From: Octopus sinensis
Lineage: Eukaryota
NCBI RefSeq assembly: GCF_006345805.1
Contig: NC_043024.1
Span: 7,192,001 to 7,256,000, forward strand
DNA length: 64,000 bases
Direction of reading: 5' to 3'
Shown here: positions 1-11,968 of the stretch, piece by piece
Layout of the letters: each line of letters begins with the position of its first letter
Position numbering within the stretch: position 1 is the stretch's first letter
Translations under genes and position numbers: made by a program
The notes under the pieces: generated by a model
Told to the model about the DNA's origin: nothing
The model's input: only the letters and a program-made list of their open reading frames with translations
Databases searched by the model: none

Positions 1-1
1 C

Positions 2-1215
2 CACCAAGGTTCAGCCCTCAGTTCGCTTTTATTCATCATAGTCCTCCAGGCAATAACAGAGGAATTCATGACAGGTTGCCCCTGGGAGCTTCTCTATGCT
101 GATGACCTGGCCCTCATAGCAGAATCACTACCGGAACTAGAAAAGAAATTTCAGGTGTGGAAGCTAGGTTTAGAATCAAAAGGCCTTAGCATCAATGTAG
201 CAAAGACCAAAGTTCTAGTAAGTAGGAAGGCGAACTCATCACACACACCCTCAGGTAGGTGGCCCTGCTCAATCTGTAGAAAAGGTGTAGGTAGACATTT
301 CATAAGATGTACCCAGTGTAAGCTATGGACGCATAAAAGGTGCAGCAACATCACAGGAAAATTAACCAAGAAGATAGCTTTTGTATGTGGCAGATGCACA
401 GGGGCAATAGACACCACAGATACTCAGAAAACAGATTCCATTACACTCCAGTGGGAGAAACTAGAAGTAGCTGAAAGCTTCCACTACCTAGGTGGCCAAG
501 TTAGTAGTGGGGGGCGGATGCTCAGAGAGTGTTACCACTAGAATAAGAATAGCCTGGGCAAAGTTTAGAAAGCTTCTACCCCTACTGGCGACAAAGGGTC
601 TCTCGCTCAGAGTGAAAGGTAGATTGTATGATGCATGTGTGCGAACTGCCATGCTTCACAGTAGTGAAACATGGGCTGTGACTGCAGAGGACATGCGTAG
701 ACTTGAAAGAAATGAAGCTAGCATGATCCGCTGGATGTGTAATGTCAGTGTCCATGCACAACAGAGTGTAAGTGCCCTGAGAGAAATGTTGGACATCAGA
801 AGCATTGGATGTGGCATGCAGGAGAGACGTTTGCATTGGTATGATCATGTACTACAGATGGATGAGGAGAGATGTGTGAAGAAGCGCCACTCCCAAACAG
901 GTGAAGGAATCCAGGGTAGAGGCAGACCCAGGAAGACATGGGATGAGTGGGCCTCCACAGAGGCAATGATGAAAGACCGAGACCTCTGGAGATATGCTGT
1001 GACTGTGAAGATCCGACAAATAAAGTGAGTTCATGTCTGTATCCTACACCAGCTTCACACAACCAGCCCCAGCCCATTCAAAGTCCCTTGGATCACAAGA
1101 CGGCCAGCTGTGCTTACCTTGGATCATGGGGCAACCTGCTGTGCTTGAGGAGACCTATTGTGTCAAGTACATCAACATCAAAATAAAAATCAAATGGAAA
1201 TTGTAGTTGTGGTAC
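2..1215 (+). mobile_element. RTE-clade LINE, 3' part of RT ORF with an inserted PHD finger, one frameshift and the start of the 3' UTR
   Basis: QGSALS..LF, LLYADDL, YLG, LYDACVRTAMLHSSETW, RLHWYDHV, GRGRPRKTW motifs. Frameshift in the G-run near 510; stop at 1028. Confidence 0.92.
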
Positions 1216-1913
1216 CCGTGTTTGTGTGTGGGGGCCATTTTTGGATTGGTCCCAGAGTTTATTGTGGTGTGTGTAAATGGGTCAATGTAACACAAACACA
1301 TAGAGATGTGCACACACACACATAGAGACGTGCACAGAGACACACACACTCACACCATTCTGACCTCTGAGACCAATCCCCAAAACCGCTGAACCATGAC
1401 AGACTAGCCCAGAAACAAAAAAATCCTTTTAATTCCACATTGCTCTTCCTTCCCCCACTCCAACCAACCTCCCACACTGTCCCTTAAAATAGCAAACAAG
1501 CCTTAGCTAACACACAAAATTTAAAAAATGCTAGGAAAACAGGTTGGTTCTTCTCAAATTCTTTGTAAACTCTTAAATATATCTCCTGTGTATATATACA
1601 CTACCAAACAAACATGATTTTTATAGAACTCCTAATACTTTTTCTGCGTATGTATATAGATACTACCAAACAAACATGATTTTTATTGAACTCCTAATAC
1701 CTTTTGTTAAATATTTTCTTGTAAATTGTTTTTAACATTTTCTTATCATTATCAAAGAATGTATCGCTGTTTTTTAATACTTTTGTGATAACCAGTACTT
1801 AACACAAAGCTCATATAAAGCTTTACATTTTACTTTTGACAATCTTTTTCTAAAAAAGTGAAACTGGTCAAGTAAATAAACATCTTTAAAATTGCATTTT
1901 CAAACCGTCTTTC

Positions 1914-1997
<84 letters not shown>

Positions 1998-2002
<5 letters not shown>

Positions 2003-2180
2003 GGCACGTGGCTTAGTGGTTAGGGTGTCAGCATCATGATTGTAAGATTGTGGTTTCGATTCCTGGACCGAGCAATGTGTTGTGTTCTTGAGCAAAACAC
2101 TTCATTTCACATTGCTCCAGTCAACTCAGCTGGCAAAAATGAGTAACACTGCGATGGACTGGCGTCCCGTCCAGCTGGGG
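1998..2180 (+). mobile_element. Family D tRNA-derived SINE (TGGCTTAGTGG / GGTTTCGATTCC; TTCTTGAGCAA core)
   Basis: Related copies at about 19510-19750(-), 24990-25260(-), 40410-40750(+), 53855-54190(+), 63270-63490(-). Confidence 0.75.
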
Positions 2181-2185
2181 CAAGG

Positions 2186-2410
2186 CGGCAAGCTGGCAGA
2201 AATGCTAGCACACCAGGCGAAATGCTCAGCAGTATTCCATCTGCCGCTACGTTCTGAGTTCAAATTCCACCGAGGTCAACTTTGCCTTTCATCCTTTCGG
2301 GGTCGATTAAATAAGTACCAGTTACGCACTGGGGTCGATAAACTCGACTTAATCCGTTTGTCTGTCCTTGTTTGTCCCTTCTGTGTCTAGCCCCTTGTGG
2401 GTAGTAAAGA
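2186..2410 (+). mobile_element. Family B SINE (~225 bp; core TTTGCCTTTCATCCTTTCGGGGTCGATAAA..AAGTACCAG, MetaSINE-like)
   Basis: Copies at about 8364-8549(+), 12741-12970(-), 28001-28230(-), 35191-35410(+), 37250-37462(-), 40070-40297(-), plus degenerate ones at 23430-23890, 37960-38165, 61140-61310 and 63510-63870. Superfamily assignment is from memory of the core motif. Confidence 0.75.
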
Positions 2411-2411
2411 A

Positions 2412-2446
<35 letters not shown>

Positions 2447-3416
2447 ATAGCACCCACTACACTCTTGGAGTGATTGGTGTTAGGAAGGGCATCCAGCCGT
2501 AGAAACACTGCCAAATCAGACTGGGTCTGGTGCAGCCTTCTGGCTTCCCAGACCCCAGTTGAACCGTCCAACCCATGGAAAGCGGACGCTAAATGATGAT
2601 GATGATGATGATAGTGGGTGCTGGTGCAATGTAAAAACCAGCCAGTGGAGCCATAGAAGCTATACCAAATCAGACTGGAACTTTATGCAGCTCCCGGCCG
2701 TCCCACCTCCTGTCAAACCGTCCAACCCATGCCAGCATGGAAAAATGGACGTTAAATAACGATGGTACACGCATATATACACGCACGTACAGTTCTATGA
2801 CAACAACAGCAACAACAACCAACACTGTGCGTGCGTGGTGCGTGACTGAATGAGTGTAGGTTCGTATGTGTGATTTGTGGAAGATGTTTTTGTACAAATA
2901 TATAAAAATGTGAAGTGGATTGGAAGTATTCAGTGATAGACGTTTGTCATATGACACCCCTGAGGGAATGAATGTGCGTTTATGTGTGTCAATATATATA
3001 CAAGGAGTAGGTATAAATATAAGTATATTCATATGGTATGCCTTCGTTTCTCTGGTTGTAGAAACTTTGTGTACTTGACTGTACAAAAAGTATGTTATGA
3101 AATTAGATGGTGCGTGTGTGTTTGCATAATATTATATATATAGAGAGAGAGGGGGGAGACAGACAGATTCTGTGTGTGTGTGTGTGTTTGTGTGTGATCC
3201 AAGCTAGTGTGGACAAACAGACGTCTGAATATACATGATAAATATTATATACGTATAATACACACGCACGCACGTACATATACTGTCTCTATGCATATAT
3301 ATATATATATATATATAATAACAAGGGGTAAAATTAATTAATTAAGAAGTAATCAATAATTTCACCAAGTAGAATTCGGCATGAAAAAAGGACCATTTCA
3401 TGGTAAACTTAAGTAA

Positions 3417-3647
3417 TACTTTATAATTAGGGTTCAGCAAAGATTTGCTTCACCACATACCGAAGTTTAGAAATAGCAGCCAAAAAAACCTTAGCTATTT
3501 CTTCTACTTTAAAATCGTTTTCAAGTATTTTGGTTTTTCTGGGAGTCCCTTTTTAAAGTAGAAGAAATAGCTAAGGTTTTTTTTGGCTGCTATTTCTAAA
3601 CTTCGGTATGTGGTAAAGCAAATCTTTGCTGAACCCTAATTATAAAG

Positions 3648-3650
<3 letters not shown>
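3417..3650. mobile_element. Palindromic MITE (~105-bp arms)
   Basis: ATACTTTATAATTAGGGTTCAGCAAAGATTTGC...AGAAATAGCAGCC arm and its reverse complement. Confidence 0.7.
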
Positions 3651-3694
<44 letters not shown>

Positions 3695-3926
3695 AGATAA
3701 CTTTGTATTAACTTTGTTGGGTACTTCACTAGCAGTATATTGGATATACGTTATCCCATAGAGGGTTGCATTTACAACCCCTATCTCAATTTGTATATAT
3801 ATTATATATATACACACTGACGCACACATATTCTCTATTATATATATATATATATATACACATACAATAACCTGAGAATAGTGAAAACGGAGCGAAATAT
3901 TTTATAAACTTCCAATAAACGAATGA

Positions 3927-3966
<40 letters not shown>

Positions 3967-3976
3967 TATATATATA

Positions 3977-4031
<55 letters not shown>

Positions 4032-4286
4032 CACACACGCATTGAGTCGAAACAGGGGCAGCTGATGAAGGGGAATATTCTTGTATTGTTTGTCTTGTAC
4101 TCTGTTTTTTCGTTGTTAAAAAAAAAGTCCGTTTCCTTGTTTGTTTTATGTTTTCGTTTTTCGTTGTGTTCTACGTTTATTTGTGGTGTCCTGTACTCAT
4201 ATATATAAATGCATGTAATATACATATAGATGGAGGTATGTACATATATGTATGTATGTATGCATATGTTGTATTAATTAAATTGT

Positions 4287-4335
<49 letters not shown>

Positions 4336-4441
4336 AGTAATGAGAGAGTCCACATGTGGTCACTCTAACGCTAGATATAGATGCACGACGGGTGTTTTAA
4401 ATTGATGTTAATTAATATTCAATTTCACCTTTATTGTGATT

Positions 4442-4489
<48 letters not shown>

Positions 4490-4515
4490 GATACACACAC
4501 ACACACACATATATA

Positions 4516-4565
<50 letters not shown>

Positions 4566-4854
4566 CAGTAACCTGAGAATAGTGAAAACGGAGCGAAATA
4601 TTTTATAAACTTCGAATAAACGAATGAATACACATATAGGTATGTGTGTGTATGTGTGTGTGTATAGGTATGTGTGTGTGTGTATATAGGTATGTGTGTA
4701 TGTATGTAGTTTACTGTTCCGATAAGGTAAGATCAACAAAAAAAAAGTACCCCATCGAGAAAGATAAATATTATTTAATGTACACAAATACAAAGGTGCG
4801 AGCTACAAACAACAAGAAACTATAAGTAGTTCGTATCTTCACACTGTGTACATT

Positions 4855-4900
<46 letters not shown>

Positions 4901-5172
4901 GAAAATTACCCTTTAACAGGTAATTTTTACATGCTAGAAATAGCAGCCAACACGGCCAAAAACCATAACAAGGTAAAGGTTTTTATTTTTCATTTACTTC
5001 GAAATTTGCTATAAAATTGTGGTTTTTTGGCCATGTTGGCTGCTATTTCTAGCATGTAAAAATTACCTGTTAAAGAGTAAGTTTCTCTTTTGAAATACGA
5101 ATATGTTGTCTATTGACTTTATATACATGCAAGGCCACTGGTGGTGATATTTATAACGAGTATTCGCCACCC

Positions 5173-5204
<32 letters not shown>

Positions 5205-5301
5205 TACACGCACACACACACATATATATATACATATATACACGCACACACACATATATATATATATACACACATACATATATATATTTATACACACAGA
5301 C

Positions 5302-5332
<31 letters not shown>

Positions 5333-5441
5333 TATATATATACATACACAGACACACACATATATATATACACACACACACATATATATACACACATATA
5401 TATATACACATACACACACATATATACACACATATATATAT

Positions 5442-5472
<31 letters not shown>

Positions 5473-5626
5473 CACACACACACATATATATATATACACA
5501 CACACAATATATATATACACACACACCACACATATATACACACACACATATACACACACACACACACACATACACACACATACACACACACACACACACA
5601 TACACACATACACACACCCACACCAC

Positions 5627-5659
<33 letters not shown>

Positions 5660-7209
5660 ATTATATATATATATATATACGCACACACACACACGCAAGA
5701 TATAGCCATTCCGCATCACCACCAATAAATTTATCAACCTCCTCATTAAAGACAGCAATAAAAAAAATCATAATTGATGATTATTATCATTACAATATTA
5801 AAAACCATCGTTATCATTATCATTATTATTATTATCGTCATCATTATTATTAATTAAAAAAAAGCCAGGCATTAATTATATACGACGGTGGTGAATGGTG
5901 AAGAAATATTTATGTCCTTTGACAACAACAAAATCCCACAAATAACATTCCAGGCATTTAATTAACGATATCGTATAAGACAAGCACTTGGTGGGTTCTC
6001 TAATTGGCTGTGTAACCCCATGCGGACCCCTTCATAGGGTGAAGGGTCTTTCAGAGCTTTAATTATACTTAGGTGAACGACCTGTGTTTTATAGGGATGT
6101 AATAAGACTACATAATGTATTTTGTTGCATGGAATCATAAGTTAGGTCATAGTGGGCGGGGAACTGTTTGGAGGGCGGTTTAGCTGCTATTCTGGGTGCT
6201 TTGGGTAATCATGAAGAGGGTTCCTTGGTCCGATCGTCGCCGTTTGTGTATGGGGGATGTGTATATGGAAGGTAGTTGAAGAATTTGGAGGACCAGCAAG
6301 GGTGAGGCTGTAACTTTTTAGGCTCGATTTGCAACAAAGAAGAACCAAATCTCCGCTGCAAGTTAACAGCCTCACCACCTTTGTTGGTTTCGAAATTCTT
6401 CAATTACCTTTGTGTGTGTGTGTTTGAAAGTGGGCCTATAGTGTAATGCATCGGGCAGTTCTTTGTATGATGGAATATAAAACATACACACGTAAACACA
6501 CAAACATACTCACAGGTATACACACACACACACATATGTATATATACACACACACACGGAGCGAAATATTTTATAACTTCGAATAAACGAATGAATATAT
6601 ATACATATATAGAGAGTTTACCGTTCCGATATATATATACATATACACACACATATATATACATACACACACACACATATATATATATGCATACATATAT
6701 ACATATACACACATATATATACCTATACACACATATATATACCTCTACACACATGTATATACCTATACACACACATATATATACATATACACACACATAT
6801 ATATACATATACACACCTATATATACACACACATATATACATATATATACACACATATATATATACCTATACACATATATATATATATATACACACATAT
6901 ATACATATACACACATATATATATATACATACACACGCGCATATTATAATTTCTACGTGGGTTAGCATATATAAATACAAGACCAGTCAGACGTAGTGTT
7001 GACGTATATACATATATCTATATATATACACACCTCACACACACTTAAAGATGTGTATATATTTATTTCCTCCCGAAAAACAAACATACATACATGCACA
7101 TACGAGTGCATACACACAGAGAGATACATCCACAGATGACGATGATCATCATCATCATCATGATATACATATGAAATAAATAAATATATACACATATATA
7201 TATACTCAC

Positions 7210-7311
7210 AGTCTGCCAACTCCATTATTTGTCCAGCAGGAAGTTATGGCATCACTTGACAGAAGCTTTTTTTTGTGTGTTTGACTCAACAAATAAGACG
7301 GAACCGGAAAT
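7210..7311 (-). promoter_or_regulatory. Candidate first exon/promoter (tandem CGGAA ETS-like sites; ATG GAG TTG GCA GAC T|GTGAGT)
   Basis: ACCGGAAAT at 7303-7311, ATG at 7225, consensus GTGAGT donor at 7209. No downstream exon identified. Confidence 0.35.
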
Positions 7312-7584
7312 CTACGAGATGATGTAGAAGAAAGGGGTGTATATAAACGTATGTATGTGTCTATGGCTACATATATGTGTGTATATGTGTGTATATATGT
7401 ATGTAGGTAGGCAGGTGTGTGTGTACGTGTGAATATGTGTATATATGTATATGTATATGACAAAACAGCTGTAACTCAGTAACTGCAATTAATTTGTTCT
7501 AATTAATTATGCATATAATACAGAATACAATATAATTATATTTTATATTTCATTTAGATATATATATATACATATATATATATA

Positions 7585-7925
7585 CGTATTTCAAAATAGA
7601 AAATTACCCTTTAACAGGTAATTTTTACATGCTAGAAATAGCAGCCAACAACGGCCAAAAAATCACAATTTCATAGCAAATTTCGAAGTAAATGAAAAAT
7701 AAAAATATATGTAAAATATATGAAAAATACATAACAAGGTAACGATTTTTATTTTTCATTTACTTCGAAATTTGCTATAAAATTGTGGTTTTTGGCCATG
7801 TTGGCTGCTATTTCTAGCATGAAAAATTACCTGTTAAAGGGTTATTTTCTATTTTGAAATACGAATATGTTGTCTATTGACTTTTTATACATGCAAGGCA
7901 ACTGGAATATTCGACCACCCTATAT
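7585..7925. mobile_element. Palindromic AGAAATAGCAGCC-type MITE; shorter copy at 4899-5175
   Basis: TTTCAAAATAGAAAATTACC / GGTTATTTTCTATTTTGAAA inverted ends; both copies share the same downstream flank. Confidence 0.7.
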
Positions 7926-7937
7926 ATAAATATATAT

Positions 7938-7983
<46 letters not shown>

Positions 7984-7992
7984 CTATATATA

Positions 7993-8049
<57 letters not shown>

Positions 8050-8271
8050 AAGTTATATAAGGAGCTATTTGCACTTTCGCACAACATGGGAGATAACTGT
8101 ATTGTTATGCATATTCAAAAGCTGAAGAGAGGGGCTCATAAAAAGGTACGAGACTTGACGCCTGAAGAGAAGGGACCGATCGATTACGTCGTGTCCCGGT
8201 TGTCACCTGCTACTTATTTTATCGACCCTGAAAGGATGAAAAGCAAAGGTCGGGCTCGGACAAAATGCCGC

Positions 8272-8862
8272 CGATCTTTTCGGTTTGAACGGCAGTTTTT
8301 TTTTTAAATAATTTCCACGTAACTAAACACTTTTAAACTTCGTATACTGGTAGAATGTGTTTAGTATTTCGTCTGCCGTTACGTTCTGAGTTCAAATTCC
8401 GTCGAGGGCGACTTTGCCTTTCATCCTTTTGGGGTCGATAAATTAAGTACCAGTTACGCACTGGGGTCGATGTAATCGACTTAATCCGTTTGTCTGTCCT
8501 TGTTTGTCCCCTCTGTGTGTAGAGCACCTTGTGGATAAGTAAAGAAATAGGTAGAATGTGTTTATAAAACATCTTTTTCTCTTGGCTTTATTGAGGTAAA
8601 AAAAAAAAAACATTCTGTGCCGTATGAATATGTCCCTAGTTTAAGAAACAGATTGGGACATATTCATACGACACAATGTTTTTTTTTACCTCAATAGACG
8701 TCAGTGATTGGTTGAAATTGCAGAAACTGAAGAAAAAAACAACAAATATTTTACAAACTATACAATTTTCTCAATAAAGCCAAGAGAAAAAGATGTTTTA
8801 TAAACACATTCTACCAGTATACGATTTATGTTAAAAACTGCCGGTTAAACCGTAAAGATTCC
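8272..8862. mobile_element. Same MITE family, palindromic copy interrupted by a SINE (8364-8549) with 15-bp TSD
   Basis: TSD GGTAGAATGTGTTTA at 8349-8363 and 8550-8564; internal inverted repeats. Confidence 0.8.
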
Positions 8863-11772
8863 CCATTTTTATTTGAATAAATAGCAAGCAGAGCGTCTGT
8901 CTCAAAATCCAAAAGTAACTCCAAGCAATCTGAAGGTCCTGAGTTCAATCCTCATTCAAGGCAGATCTTAGGTGCAGGTGTGACTGTAGTAATAAATTTG
9001 CTTCCCAACCACACTGTACCAGGTTCAGCCCCACTGCATAGCATCTTGGGCAAGTGTCTCCTACTATAGCTTTGGGTTGTCTAAATCCTTATGAGTGTAT
9101 TTGGTTTACGGAAACTGGAAGAAGCCTAGTTTTGTGTAGGTGTTTATCCCCCACCACTGCTTGCAACCTGTGTTGGTGTGTTTACATTTTTCCATTTGAG
9201 TTAATACAGAATTACAGATAGAATTTATAGGAATTTTGATTTACTGTCGGGTGACTTTTGGCCAACCCAGTAAATATGTGTGTGTGTGTGTGTGTGTGTG
9301 CTAAAATGAAACAACAAAACCAAGGCTGTATGGAATTTATAGGAGATTTATAGAACTGCCTTTCTCTTTATAAATGTCTTATAAATTCCACATAGCTTGG
9401 TATGTGGTGTATATCACACCACAATATACATTATACCACTCCTCAGCACACTACACAATACTGCTTCACAGTGCACTACAGAATGCCACTCCATGGCACA
9501 CAAAATGCCACTTCACAGCACACTACAGAATGCCACTCCACAGTGCACTATGACCCGGCAATGTTGGGTCATAGTGCTAGTGCATGCATATACAGCTGCA
9601 TGCATGCACACATACATGCGAGTACTGTCCAAATCTCCAACCAATCACATACAGCTAGCTGGCATTCAATTGGCGAATCAGGTTTCGGGCATTTCGATTG
9701 GGTTTTGGATAGAAATTTCACAAAAAAGTCACTTCTATTGACTTTTTAATGGCTTTGCAGGGTGACTGGGGAAATGTAACGATGTGCACGCCCACCCTTG
9801 GACAGTTTTGAATGACCATAGAAAGTGTGAGCCCTCTAACTGAAAAATTGTGGATTTGTATAAAGGACACACACACAGACATTTTGCCATTTGTATATAT
9901 AGAGATATACATGCTCACACAAGACCTGCATTAGACTCTTCACTTGTCTTATTATTGAACCGAAAGTCTAACTATGGTCCTCCTGTAGCACTTAAATAGC
10001 CTTACCTGCCATCTTGGGTCTCCTGGATACCAATACCTCTCATATATACACACACACATATATATATTAAAACTGACCCCATAAAGACAAAAAAAAATCA
10101 GTGGTAGGCAGAGTCTTCTTGATAATTTCAGTTACTTCTATGCTGTAATAGAGGCAACATGTTCTTTGTCTATCTCCTAAACTTCTTGGATATTTTAGGT
10201 ATAATTATACTAATGTGTCCATTTATTCCAATTTAATTAAATTCTATGTCTTTGTGCAGCTGAAGATTGCTCTGCATTTTAAATTGACATAATGATTGCA
10301 TTGTTCAATTAAATGGAGTTGCATGAAACGATTGTACTGCATACCTCTGGATATCCTTGTTGTTTATTTGCATATATATATATATATATATACACGCAAC
10401 AGTCTTCTTTCAGTTTCTGTCTACCAAATCCACTCTCAAGGCTTTGGTCAGCCTGAGGCTATTAGTAAAAGACACTTGCCCAAGGTGCCGTGCAGTGGGA
10501 CTGACCCTGGAACCATGTGGTTGGGAAGCAAGCTTCTTACCACAAAGCTACGCCTGGTCTTTTTATTCTTTTACCTGTTTCAGTCATTTGCTTGCGGCCA
10601 TGCTGGGGCACCACCTTTAGTCAAACAAATTGACTCTAGGACTTATTCTTTGTAAGCCTAGTACTTATTCTATCAGCCTCTTTTGCTGAACCGCTAAGTT
10701 ACGGGGATGTGAACACACCAACACTGGTTGTCAAGCAGTGGTGGGGTCTGACAGACACACAAACATATACACACACATACACATGGATATATAAAACAGG
10801 CTTCTTTCAATTTATGTCTACTAAATCCACTCACTCAGCCTAAGGCTATAATAAAAGACATTTGCCTAAGGTGCCATGCAGTGGGACTGAACCTGAAACC
10901 ACGTGGTTAGGAAGCAAGATTCTTACCTCATTTCTTTTTTTGCCAAATAATCACATACACTATCTACTCATTCTTCACTTCAGCAATTTTATTATTTTTA
11001 TTTCTGTGTCCTTTGTCTGAAATCATTTGTCACACACCCTGTGACCTCTTCAGCAACTCTCTATTCCACGTACTTCCTCCGGCCCTATTTAGTCCATAGT
11101 GTCATTTAATGTATTTAAATATTTAACCTGGTATTTAGCACATGGCCTAGTGGTTAGAGCAGTGGACCTGCAGTTGAAGGATCATATCCTTTCTTTCATA
11201 AGAAAGTAACATGCAACTTGAAGCAATCTTAGTTACTATTTCTAGCACACTGATTGGCTACCTTGAGGCTGGCTTTATTGACCGCTGCTACTATCCTGAC
11301 ATTGTGTTGTTCCTGTTGCTGTTGTCTTCATCCAGTTTCTGTTGATGGACCATTTTAAAGACTCAATCAACAAACATTCCAAAAACTTTTTTTTTTAAAT
11401 ACAGAAAAAGAAACAAACAAAAAAAAACTAAGCATTGTCATTCCACTGTAGAAAGATAGAAGAAAAAAAACACGACATCACATAAAGGAAGACAATCCTG
11501 CCATACCAGTCCATGATGAAATGCATTTGGTCTAACTCTCCATGATGATATAATTACGGTATACCACTCCACAATAAAACATCTAAGCCTTGCAAACCAT
11601 GCCATACCACTCCAACCCAGAGCACTCCATACTGTAGCACTGAATTTCATACCACTCCATATTATACTAATTCACCCCATGCCCCTTCCAGACCACTTCA
11701 TTTCATCCACTGTCATATTGCTCCATACTGAAACATGCCACTCTCTACCATCACAAAGTACATTATACCACT

Positions 11773-11968
11773 CCACAGGGCACTACAGAATGCCACTCCA
11801 CAGCACACTACAGAATGCCACTCCAAAGCACACTACAGAATGTCACTTCACAGCACACTACAGAATGCCCCTCCATGGCACACAAAATTCCACTTCACAG
11901 CACACTACAGAATCCCACTCCAAAGCACACTACAGAATGCCACTCCCCAGTGCACTACAGAATGCCAC
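11773..11968 (+). repeat. 25-bp minisatellite CAGCACACTACAGAATGCCACTCCA; sister array at 9447-9550
   Basis: Unit recurs at 11801, 11826, 11851 and onward. Confidence 0.85.

Noticed and set aside
1998-2080. tRNA-like A/B boxes (also 27240-27329, 50041-50115, 53855-53920)
   Set aside because: They continue into multicopy SINE bodies and lack a complete cloverleaf, so they are not tRNA genes.
2670-3086. 138-aa minus-strand ORF
   Set aside because: Starts in unique AT-rich sequence and ends in an RTE-UTR repeat; no motif or splice support.
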